Assembly: GCA_000934665.2 (NCBI GenBank)
Contig: JYFJ02001337.1
Coordinates: 62,001-83,219 of the forward strand
Reading direction: 5' to 3'
Origin: Catajapyx aquilonaris
Taxonomy: Eukaryota
Length of the DNA stretch: 21,219 nt
A model generated the notes under the pieces. It did no database searches, was not told the origin of the DNA, and saw nothing but the letters and a program-made list of their open reading frames with translations. Below, piece after piece: positions 1-11,082 of the stretch. Numbering within the stretch: the stretch's first letter is position 1; every line of letters begins with the position of its first letter. The translations under genes and the position numbers were made by a program.

Positions 1-802
1 TAATACTACATAATGTTATCCACTGGAGTAGACTTTGTATCCGTCTGTATAGCCATCTCTGCGCGTCATTAGGAGAGTCTTGGGCGTCGTGATAACATAC
101 TACATGTGTGTCGAAATATTTGTGCCAGCGTAGACTACGTGTTTGCGTGCCTGCCATTTTGTACGTGCGCCCCCATACAGTAGACAAAATACCCCAATAA
201 AACTATATTGCCAACTACAGTCTCTGCCTTCTGCATTCTGGATTCTGCCTCTTTTTATCAGGTGACGCCGAGAAACTTCATGGGCATCTAGGCGGACCAA
301 AAATGTGCGTTAACGTCTTCATGTTTGGCCTTCATCTGTGCTCAAGATGACTTACGCTGAAGGGATTTTAGGTGTGGTAGAAACCCATAATATTATGTTG
401 GAATACATCTGATTTATGTCCACAAGACGTGTCGTACTGCATCGTTGGATTGCAATGAATAATATAGTACCTTAGCGTAAAGTGAAATACTGTAATATTC
501 TGAAAGTTGCATAACCATCATCCTACGTATCCTCCCACGCGTCACTGGAGATTTAAAGAGGTCAAATGCAAAAATAATAATGTTTAAAACAACCAAATTA
601 AAAAGTTTTCCCTCTCGTTAAATCCCTGTGAGAGGCTGCATAGTCTATAATATCGAAAAGGTAATTTTTTTCCAACGTAATTACTAAGGGTGTTCTGATT
701 CTGTAATAAAATGTCATCATGTTCTAAGGTAGGATAATTCGATTGTTCGATAAATATTTCAGGTCTGATTTCGGAATGATAAGAAAAATTTATTCACATA
801 AA

Positions 803-943
803 GTGCGGAAAACGAAATGACGATCTGACGTCATCATTTTGTTCTCATGCTACAATAGGCGTAAACAATGCTCTTTTTGTCGACACTGTTTACTGATATT
901 GTTGTGTGACGGTGACGTCAGAGCGTCGTTTCGTTTTCCGCAC
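803..943. repeat. Imperfect inverted repeat (33-bp arms), MITE-like, with a TGACGTCA palindrome in each arm
   Basis: 803-835 GTGCGGAAAACGAAATGACGATCTGACGTCATC versus the reverse complement of 911-943 GTGCGGAAAACGAAACGACGCTCTGACGTCACC: 3 mismatches in 33. A short inner pair (GTAAACAATG / CACTGTTTAC) lies in the spacer. No clear target-site duplication (TSD). Confidence 0.75.
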
Positions 944-2499
944 AGGGTATTCTCATCATCACCTCTGCACATGGACATCAACGGAGGGTACTGTACGTAC
1001 TCTCTCATTGTTTTGGGCGAGTTGCGTGCTGGTCTATGGGAAACCCAGAACAAGAAGTTGTTCAATATTATAAACATAATTACGATTAATCGATCACTTG
1101 TTCCGAACTGGCCTTCGTGCTGCTTTCTTCTTTGAGAACGTCTTTTAGAATAAAGAGCTTATTAGCTTTACATCAGAATAACACGTACTCTGGCCGCATA
1201 ACATGCTTGGAAACTGACAATTAAAGGCCATGGAAGGGGAAAAACTACACGTATAGCAAAGGTACGGTACACTACTACACCGTGAAGTGGTTAACCAACA
1301 AGGGCCAGAGTAATGATGCCCATCCCTTTTGAACCGGACACTGCAGCATGTTTGTGCATCATGTGTCCTCTTCAAAGGATAGGGGTCGACGTTGTTTTTG
1401 CAGACACCTGAAAGGGCCACCCGTATAGGCCTACTAATATTATACTATATATATATTTTTTTGGAGCGGGAGATATATGTAATTATTGCCAATGTTATTG
1501 ATTGGACAGTATGGTACTTGTTGTTATACCGTACTTCACTAGGCCATTTTCCTGTGAATTGTTCGATGCGATGGCATGTGAGCTCATCAGCGAGCTTCAC
1601 GACCTCTAACCAAGGTGCATAATGCGTGTAATGCTTTGCAAGAATTTTTGGGAGTTTAGAAAAACAAGGGCGTGGCGAGAAAGTACACTGCTATCAAAAA
1701 TGTAAGTAACTGGCGGATTTATTTTGTTTCTAGCTCGTACTGTGCATTTTTAGTAAAATCAAGAGCTAATAAGTAGATATTGGTAAAATTATAATAATGC
1801 TGAGATGTAAAAAAAATTGATGATAATAATATATGGACATGAATTATAATATTTTGTAGGGATATACATTATGGTGAATAAGTTGCTTCAAAATTTCATG
1901 TACAAATTATAATTGCGCATGTAAGGTACGCGCCGCATATTTTGAAATTATACACAACTACCGCAGCGGGAGCAAATGTGTGCCATCGCATGAATAGCAT
2001 GCAATTAGGGACTGCTAAAGATGCGCACTTCATCAGTCATCTAGCACTTAGGTTCCATATGAACCGATCCTACACAGTTGATTGGGACGATTTTGCCTTC
2101 ACAAAGTAATCATATACACTATACAGTATTAATTTTAGCTTGTAGTAAAGGTGAATATTATTTTGCTGGTGATTCTACTCCAACATGGTCCTGCACAGTC
2201 AGCCTGATGAGCAGGACATTCTCTTAAGTAATATCCAGTACTGCAAAAATGACGTCCTTTTTTTATTATTAATTTTTTTTTTAAAAAGCGCCACAGTCCC
2301 CAATCAGTCAGTTGGAGATATTGACACCAGAGGGTAGACCTTGCCTGCTTCCGGACACTCCCGACATCTGCCGTCTTGGTGAGAAGCAGGCCACCGAGCA
2401 CTCCCACTCCCAGACGGACAAACTGCGAATTCACCTCACACACAGGGGAAAAGGGCGATTCATTATTATTATCGGAGAGAGAGGGAGGGAGAGGAGGGT

Positions 2500-2570
2500 T
2501 CAAAGTGCGTTGACACGGCTGCGTCCGGTGCACCACTCTCGGTCCCCCGTTCGCTTTCGCTATCATCCAG
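2500..2570 (+). other. Probable non-coding first exon (5' UTR) of SLC25A17
   Basis: GC/CpG-rich stretch ending in a strong donor CAG|GTGAGC (GT at 2571). A polypyrimidine tract and TTACAG acceptor at 2712 (NAGNAG alternative at 2715) precede the ATG at 2738. The start coordinate is approximate. Confidence 0.55.
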
Positions 2571-2737
2571 GTGAGCCAGGACCACTCCTTTTGCTTACAA
2601 CATCTTTGCACTTCCAGTTGCATAACCTGTGCTCTGCAATCACCAGGTGTACAAGGACAAAGATGAGGAAATGTGCAATTAAACTAATGAGGCATCATTT
2701 TTTTTCTTACAGCAGTTTGGGTCCACATACATAAGAG

Positions 2738-5074
2738 ATGGCGAGTGGGGCCCAGAAGACTGGGGGAGGGACAGCCCTAGGGGCCATCCTCTCCTACAAG
2801 AGCCTCGTGCATGCCACGGCTGGAGCTGTCGTAAGTAGACCTGGTTGCCTCCGACACACTCTCATCAGCCCTACACATGCATTGTAACACCACTTGCCAA
2901 AGCCTGTAAATAATGCTGATAATTTGCAATCCATTAAGACCACACTAATGCTGTTTATTTCAGCTCTCTTATAAATGGGGGTGGCTTGTAGTCTGTTTTA
3001 TGCCAAGTCATCATCAGGGTATAACAACTGCTTGGGGCAAAGCCAATGACATCTCAAGATTAAAACAATAATCAGGCATTTGACCCGTCACAGGAGACTA
3101 ACAGTTCATGATTGTTAGCAGACATTAAGGTCTGCTTATCTGTGGACTCTGCTGCACTGGTCACTGAATAAAAAACGAACAAAAAAAACAACAAACAGAT
3201 AAGAGGCATATTTTCATGAGCATTTATGATGCCACAAATATTGTTGAACAGACCCTGAAGTAGAGTATAACATTACCATGGGACAAACCTGAAACCTCCT
3301 TGCATGACATTATGTAACACACATAGATGACCTCCCCGGGGCTTTGGCGGGAATTGAATAGGCATTTTTTGGTGATTCAGGGCGGCGTGGTGGCCATGGC
3401 AGCATTCTTCCCCTTGGACACCCTTAGGTCAAGGCTACAGTGTAAGTTAACCCTTCCCCTAACTAAACTTGCAATGTGAAAATGATCTTTACACATTTTT
3501 CAGTGGATGACCAGCTCAAGTCCAAGAACTCGGCAGCCATGCTGAAGGAGCTGGTTGAGAAGGAAGGATTGTGAGTGTTGGCATCCATGCTTCATTAGAT
3601 TCCTTTTTCTGGTTTTTGCAGCTGACGTAATTTTGTAAAATTGGCCTTAAGCACATCAAAGGGAAGTAGACACCCTGATGGAATTAATTCTCCCATTAGG
3701 TCCATTGGGTCATTAGGTCTTCGTTTCTCACAGTTGTGGCCCATGTTTCTTCATGGTTTTTTCCAAACTTGTGCTTGTGCAGATATGGGAAGGAACACTC
3801 TGTGCCCACTCAGATTTTCACGTACTAATGAGGAGCTGAAAACTATGAAGCCAGAGAGACTGGCAGCTCATTCCTGATACCTCATTTCCATATTGAAATT
3901 AAGCATGGTCTAAATGAACTTGCAAACCATAATAAATAAGCTTGTTTCCCTAATTAAGACAAATTCAAGTGACTGCATCTGACATCCAAAGGCCAGCCCA
4001 CTGAATTAATGTATCTGTACAATCCCATTTTCAGTGGTTCCCTGTACCGTGGGATGGGACCAGTACTCCAGAGCCTATGCGCATCTAGCTTTGTTTACTT
4101 CTACACCTTCCATGGATTGAAGGCCTCTGCTGGACCTGCATCCTCTCCTAGTGCTCTGAGGGACCTCCTCTTTGGCACTGTGGCTGGGGTGGTGAATGTG
4201 CTCACCACCACACCTCTTTGGGTTGTCAACACCCGGCTAAAGATGCAGGGAGTGCAGCTGGCTGCTGGTGGGAAGCAGGAGAATGGCAATCCATCCACGA
4301 AGAAGCTAATTCGCTACAGGGGGCTTATTGGTAAGCCACTTTGGCTGCATAGATGTACTTGGTTTTGACCCTGGCAAGTGCATGGTGGTTTTGACGTGTT
4401 TGGAATTGTTTTTCAGATGGCCTTAGGTATGTGGGTGAGACAGAAGGAATCCAAGGCCTGTGGAGCGGCACCTTCCCTTCGCTGTTGCTGGTCAGCAACC
4501 CTGCTGTCCAGTTCATGGTATATGAGGCCCTAAAAAGAAGGATGCTGGAAGGTGGGAACAAGAACCTGGGAGCTGGTGCTTACTTCATTCTGGGTGCCAT
4601 GGCCAAGACTATTGCCACCCTGGTTACTTACCCACTGCAGTTGGTCCAGACCAAGCAAAGGGTCAGTCACTTGATGATACATCCTACCTTCCATTTCCAC
4701 ATTGTAGTGTTACTCAAGATCTGTGTAGTTTCTCACAACTGAAAAGTCACACCAGATGTTTCATGTTTTCAGCATGGACACAATTTCCCTGGCTTACCCA
4801 AAGATGCTAGCATTTTGCAAGTGTTTTCCTACATTTTTCGGTGAGTATTACTATAAGATGCATTTGTTCATGTGTGTCATGATACCTGTGAGAAATTTTA
4901 TCTAAATGGTATGCCATATTGATCCATTCCAGGCGCCAGGGTGTGCAGGGCTTGTTCAAGGGATTGGAAGCCAAGATTCTTCAGACAGTCTTAACAGCTG
5001 CTCTCATGTTTCTCTGCTATGAGAAGATTGCAGCCTCCATCTTCAAAGTCATGATGACCAAGAAAACACAGTGA
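2738..5074 (+). CDS. SLC25A17: Peroxisomal membrane protein PMP34 (SLC25 mitochondrial-carrier family), 323 aa, 7 coding exons
   Basis: Exons 2738-2830, 3381-3441, 3504-3570, 4035-4330, 4417-4661, 4773-4840, 4933-5074 (972 nt, all GT-AG, phases consistent). Translation: [51 protein letters not shown]...[13 protein letters not shown]...[23 protein letters not shown]...[26 protein letters not shown]...[17 protein letters not shown]...[27 protein letters not shown]. It has three carrier repeats and the PMP34-typical PLWVVNTR and [17 protein letters not shown] motifs. Confidence 0.95.
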
Positions 5075-6562
5075 GGTGGCTGTCTGACCTTCATCCTATT
5101 AAGATTTGTTTTGTTTTTGTTTTAATATATTTACATGTCTGCCTGCTGCTTCCTAGTCACTTGCAGCCCATTCCAAGTGTGGGCAGGCAACAATGACCAG
5201 GGTCAAATATGACTCAGTTTTAGATGCTCATGATTTGTACGGATGTGTGTAGTTTCTTTTTATTAAAGTGGCTCTCTTCTTCATTTGCTATATTGCTTCC
5301 TTAGGTAAGATACAACCCAATATAATGGAAATCAATGATATTTCACACAGTGTATTGCAGGTGCGGGATCCTACACATCAACCGAGTTTGTTCAGAGTCA
5401 AAATTTCCGTCACAGCAGCTTATTTTGAATCTACCTTGCTCATGCCCACTATTTGCAGAAAGAGAGAAGAGGCTAATCTGGGCTAGATGTGCTTCTGGCA
5501 GGCACAACCAAACTACAGCAAATGCTAGGTAAAAGAGAGTCATGTCTCTACATAATGACTGCACATATTGCAGGATTGAGTTGGGCATATACAGAAGGGA
5601 AAGGACTTGCTGGGTTACTCAACGCTGGAACTGTAACTTGCTTCGTCCCGAAAGAACTGGCATCATACACCTTTGCAGGGTGTCCCTATCTCTCAGACCC
5701 ATCCCTACAAAGTTGTAACATGCCTTTCCACCCAGCCTTGACACATTCATCAGGTGCTTCAAAACTGCGGGGATTGGTTCTAGCAACATGTGGCGTAAAG
5801 TGAAAAGACGTAAAACGAATCAAAATTATAATGTAAGTATAAATGAGATGGGTTCCGAAGTTTTCGAAATTTTCCCACAGACAATACTAATATTGCTGTT
5901 TTTAATGCTCAGTATTTGAAACATTTAATACACATGTTTAATGGGAGATTCCAGGTTGATGGTCATCAGGTTCTGAGGGTTCATTACCCTTCTTTGGCAA
6001 GAACTGAAGTATGTACAGCCAGTACAGGTAGTGCATTGTAACAATGGATACAGTGCTTCGGAGAGTGCAGAAACCAACAATACGGTACTGTATGTAGCTA
6101 TAAACCCTGCCACAATGCACCACGAAAAATGATAAATGTGCCAATACTGTAGTACATTTGGACTCTGAAGTGCTGCAGGGATGTGTTTACGTGTAGATTG
6201 TTTTGTTATTTTCAAATTTTTGAAAACTTTAAGATGAAAAATGGTTTCAGGTAACTTTGAAACAGGCGTTATTGTGAAAAGGTGCAAAACGAAGAGGCAT
6301 AAAACAAGGAGTACCTCACTACCTGTATATGAACAAGGATTAACTCTTGCTCAACTCAGAGGCAACTCCAATTTCATCCAAAATCCATTATGTGTTGTGA
6401 TGTACTGCACAGTTTACATAAGAATAAGCCAACTTTAATAATCAGTTAAGATAAGTTTACTTATGTGAAAATAATACAAAGAAGTGTCCTTGGGAATAAA
6501 GGGAACTTGTACCATGTCCCTTAGTCTGAAAAGGATCTTGGGCAGACTACTGGAAGAGCACC

Positions 6563-9500
6563 TCACAATGCAATGGTTGATCCTTCAGCAACAAAAAACT
6601 TGATGAAGGTGGCATCAAGTTGCTCACCTACCCTACCCATCTGGCGCCTAAGAAATGAACGCAGGTCATCCCTTGACCCTTTCTCCACACCTCGGGTTGA
6701 AATGCGTCGCTCCCTATTTTGAAAGAAAGGGAAGAAATGCCAGGTTATTAAATTTTCTCTCTCGACAATTTAAGTGTTGGATTGCTGCATATACCAACCT
6801 GTTCCACTGGGCCATCCCTGCATTTGGAAACAGTTCCAGAGCAACTGATCCTCCCTGGTCTGATGCCAGATAAGCAAGTTCCTCCAACATGTCTGGATTC
6901 ACAATGTACCTTGAAAACTGGGGGTATGAAAATGAAGCATGATGAGAAATCAATTCTGCCAGCCTCAGGAATGAAGACTCTTCTTTAGGCCAGTCTAGCT
7001 GGAGCAGGGTCATCAGGTGGCCTATACTCAGGTCATCCGGAGGCTCATCACTCAGAACTCGTGCCTGTAAGGGACCAAATCAGAATGACGCCTATGCCAT
7101 TATCACTGAGCTACTATGAGTCTGTGAGTATAAGCACCTTAAGTCCATGGGTGAGAAGTCGTATGCAGTGATGCAGAACTGGTGCATGGGTAAATGGTAT
7201 GAACTGCAGTCGACGCTGCTCTGAAGAAGAAGGTGGCAGGGACACAGTTGCCGGAGCAGGGCTGACTCCTGGTGGTGGAAGATGGGCTACCACTTGAAGG
7301 ATCTGTTCACAGGCACCCTGAACAAGAGAGAACACAATACAGATCCATCAGTGTTATCAAGTGTGTGAGTGACCACAAAAAATTAATAATAACCACTTGA
7401 GTGGGGATCTGAACCTGTGAGAAATCAAAAGCACATGTCCTTTATTGTAGTATTCTGAAGACCGAGGCTTGGAAAATTTCATCCTTACACTAAGAATTTT
7501 CTTCTTCTTCAACTCAGGGGAAGGGTTTTTTCACTTTTTAAAGAAAGAAGTAGGTTATGCCAATAACTAACTATGCGATCTCCCAGTGCATATTTCAATG
7601 TGCCCAGACGGAGAGCTCTCTTGCATTGTGCTGCTGTAGCTCCATCACTCGGAGTGCCTGCCTGGTTGAGCTGAGTGACTGCCTCAGAGAAGTGACCCTG
7701 GTAGGTGAAGAAGTCAACCAAAAAGGTCTGCAGCCACGGCCATGAATCAGACCGAAGTTGGGTCATGAGGCGGGTGAACTCTGAAATTATTATGGGCTTA
7801 AATTATGGACTTACGAGTATAATTATGTTGGAGTGAGAGAGATGGAAAAGAACTAACCTCGATCTAAAGTGATACTGGAATGGAGGAGCTCCCAGCATTT
7901 AACTGCAGTTTGGAAACTGCGGACCAAAGATTGTCCACTTCCTCCTCCTCCTGTCCCACCTGCACTCCCACTACTTCCAGTCTTGTGGGACTTAGGAGAC
8001 AGAATCAAGTCATCGTCATCCAGCTTCCTCTTCTTCACACACCTATGACACAGCAGTTAATATCTGTTATTTCTGATCAGATGGAAATCCCAGAATATTC
8101 AATGTTTCAATTCAATTGCAATTCAATATTTCAAGATCATGGTCCATTTGACCTTTTAGAGAATATTTTTTAAATACCTTTCACGCTTGTTTTATGCTGT
8201 GTGTAGGCTACATATGAGAGTATAAGTACTGATTACAGAAGACAATTTAACTAACTTGTGATCTGAAGCAGGCAATTCTGCATCAAAGACCTCCACAAGC
8301 ACAAGTGCAGTCCTGTCACCTCCGCCTGTCAACTGTGATGATGATGGGGCTGATGATGGGTCAGTGGCTGCAGCATACTCGTGTAGGCAGTAGAGAAATG
8401 TGACTGATGCCTGGTAGAGTAGCTGCTTTGTAGCATCCTCCTGGCCACCTGTAAAACATGTCAGTTGCAAAGTGACTGCCTGTTTGTGCATGAAGCAACA
8501 AAATAAAGTACTGTAAGAAACTAGATCATAAAATTATTAAGCTTACAAGTTTACATTCATTAGGCAACACTTTCTTAAATAATGATAATGGCATTACGTA
8601 ACTTTCTTGTTCAGTGCATCAGAATGTGTGATATTTCTTTCAATATCCAGTGGCACAATTCAATCAATATTACTCAATGTGTGTGTTACCCAAAGGAGCA
8701 AAATTGATAATCCAAGTGAAGCATCCCAGTTAACAAAAGTAACTTAATCCTCTAAAATATATCATAAATGGCATTAAAACAAGTCACTTTTACCATGCTT
8801 TTACTACTTGACTAAATTGTTATATATGTAAAGTGCACAGCATATACTACACACCTGGTACAACTGGTGTTTTTCCCAGGGTAGCCAGACGGCCCCCAAG
8901 CTGCTCAATTCCCCCTGGACCTAATGGTTGAAATGGCTGCCAACCAAGGTACCTTCCAGCACTTTCCAACAGGCCGAAAAGGCTGGCCCAAGGTTCAGAT
9001 GGGGTAGAGCCACAGGCATTTGATCCCTCATTGTAGACTGTAGAGCTTGCTGGGTCCATTATGGAGCTCAGGTGAAACTCAATCGCCTTCTGAAGAAGTC
9101 GATACAACTGCTTTGGGGGAATGTCTACTAGGGGCTGCTTAAGCAAAAGTGGAAGTAGCTCACAAACTGGGGAGAACAAAAAAGAGTCATGAAAATGAGG
9201 TTGTAAGATCACAAATTGCTTTTAGTTTAAATAAGGTTTTTTTTTTGTGCATGGAAAATGCCATACAGTTATTTTGAAATTTGTTATGACTGTTTCTGGC
9301 CTTCTTTCCAAATGGCAACTAAACTGCAAAATGCTCTTATTCAAGAAAAATATTCAACTAGGCAACATACCCTACTCACCAAGTAATTGCCTGTATGGAT
9401 TTCCAGGAGTGGACAAATGGCTATGTTTCTCTGCAGCTAATAAAGTGTCCACCAGTTTTGACTGTAATATAAAAGAAATGTTTGTAACTTGATGGTCATA

Positions 9501-10815
9501 TCAGGGTTATGTTTCACTGATAATGTGCCCTTACTCCATGTTGAGATATGTAGTTGGGAAACTTCTCCAACAAGAGGAGAAGCAATCTGCAATGTTCCAT
9601 TGTATCTTCACTGTGGTCAGATGCCTTGAGCAGCAACTGGTACTGAGTCTCTGTGCAAGAGTGAGAATTAAATTTACTAATTCTAAAAGATCATTACACA
9701 TGACTGGCACGCAAAAATTCCATTATTGCATAGATGCATAGAGGGAGAAAGAAGAGGAGGAAAGGTAGTATCTCTTACTACTCTTAGTCTGTTTCCTATC
9801 CTATGAACACTACTTCCAAGTAATCCATATGTGGCCCAGCTGACCCACAAATGACCCCTATGTAAGATTCCATGATGAATTTAATTTTATGCTGATAAAT
9901 GTGAGAGAAATTTAGTCTCACAGTCGGTGCAGAGTGCAAAAATGGATTTTCAACAGAACGAAAGAATACATTTACAGTACATGAACAATAATGACTACAA
10001 GACTCACCTGATGGAAGATTCGTAAAGAGAGACAGGTAAAACTGATTGGTGGCATCACCCGAGTCTGTTCTGAGTGCCGAGGTTATGTCTTGAACTTCTT
10101 TCCATAACACCCCTTCCAGAGGGAAATTAGTCAACCTGCAGTATTACAGGGATGAGGAAAGAACAAGTGTAAATTGGACAAAACAATAACAACATGGAAA
10201 ATTTTATGCTCCAGCAGCTGTCATTCTCAACTCTAAATGTATATTCTCACAAAGCCAATGCATAAAAATAGGACGAAAAGTCACACCATCATTTTGTGCT
10301 TCTAGATGTGTTAAACCAGGTTAAACTCATTGTGCATGGTTCAAAATGACAAGCATATTTTTATCTACCTTGGTCACAAGAACCGCTATTTAGACAAACG
10401 TTGGTAAAGTAATTTTTCAGCCGCAGGTTAAAATGGTTAATTTGGGCGCGGTATACTTTTAAATAAGTGCATAAATTTAAATTATTATCCTGCATAACCC
10501 ATTTACAGTGTAAATTGCGGTTTCTTACACAGCATCAAAGCACCGTGCTGCCTCCGTGTGATTCTTGGCTTCCTTCTCCAGCAGATAGGCTTCAAACTGA
10601 AAGGAGACCAGTCCATTAAACCTCGTCCATCCCAACGTGCAAAACTCATTTCGGCCAACCTGCACATGGAAGCTGTGCTTGAAGAGGCTTTTGGCAGAGA
10701 GGAGCCAGGCCTTGGCGACGTTTGGGTCCCTGTCCCAGGACTCCCTCGCCTTCTTCACCAGGTAGTCCTCGTCACTCACTCCTCCTTCCTCCATCACGCT
10801 GTTCCTACGGGACAT
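6563..10815 (-). CDS. INTS10: Integrator complex subunit 10, 681 aa, 12 exons
   Basis: Minus-strand exons 10815-10660, 10596-10529, 10135-10008, 9650-9535, 9461-9380, 9166-8855, 8448-8256, 8042-7858, 7780-7572, 7317-7138, 7064-6799, 6713-6563 (2046 nt, all GT-AG, frame continuous). The N-terminus DEDYLVKKARE...AKAWLLSAKSLF...VQFEAY...WKEVQDITSALRTDS and the C-terminus IGHLMTLLQLDWP...YIVNPDMLEELAYL...GGSVALELFPN...STRGVEKG match recalled INTS10 motifs (AKAWLITARSL, DMLEEFAYL, TRGITKG). Confidence 0.93.
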
Positions 10816-11082
10816 TTTTTCGGCGAATTGTATGATTAAAACTGTGGCTGGAAAAACAGACAGACAGACGCCATCTTGGGTATGGAAACAGCAATCGGAA
10901 TGCGCAGGACTGCTTTCATTCTTATAAACCCTATCGTAGGTACAGTCACGTTATGGTCCATAAAAAATAGCAAGAAAATATAATGAGTTTTAAAACAATG
11001 GCATTTAAGCGCATGTCATTTTAGTTGCAGGCCGAAGAGCATTGGGCGTCGTGGGGAATGCGTCTCAAGCCAAGATGGCGGC
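10816..11082. promoter_or_regulatory. Bidirectional promoter shared by INTS10 and the LRR gene, with two divergent YY1-type motifs
   Basis: The start codons are 260 bp apart, head-to-head (10815 minus, 11075 plus). CCAAGATGGCG occurs on the - strand at 10869-10879 and on the + strand at 11070-11080, the latter overlapping the LRR ATG. Confidence 0.7.

Noticed and set aside
100..1622. Several 60-98 aa ORFs in the 5' intergenic region
   Set aside because: No recognisable domain, mostly non-ATG starts, and no consistent exon chain could be assembled.
2135..2734. Overlapping 162-aa (-) and 140-aa (+) ORFs
   Set aside because: They span the GC-rich promoter, 5'UTR exon and intron of SLC25A17, and their translations resemble no family I know.
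5335..5803. ORFs of 65-104 aa downstream of SLC25A17 as a fifth protein-coding gene
   Set aside because: Spliced combinations hit stops in each frame tried and gave no recognisable protein; kept only as a non-coding or pseudogene finding.
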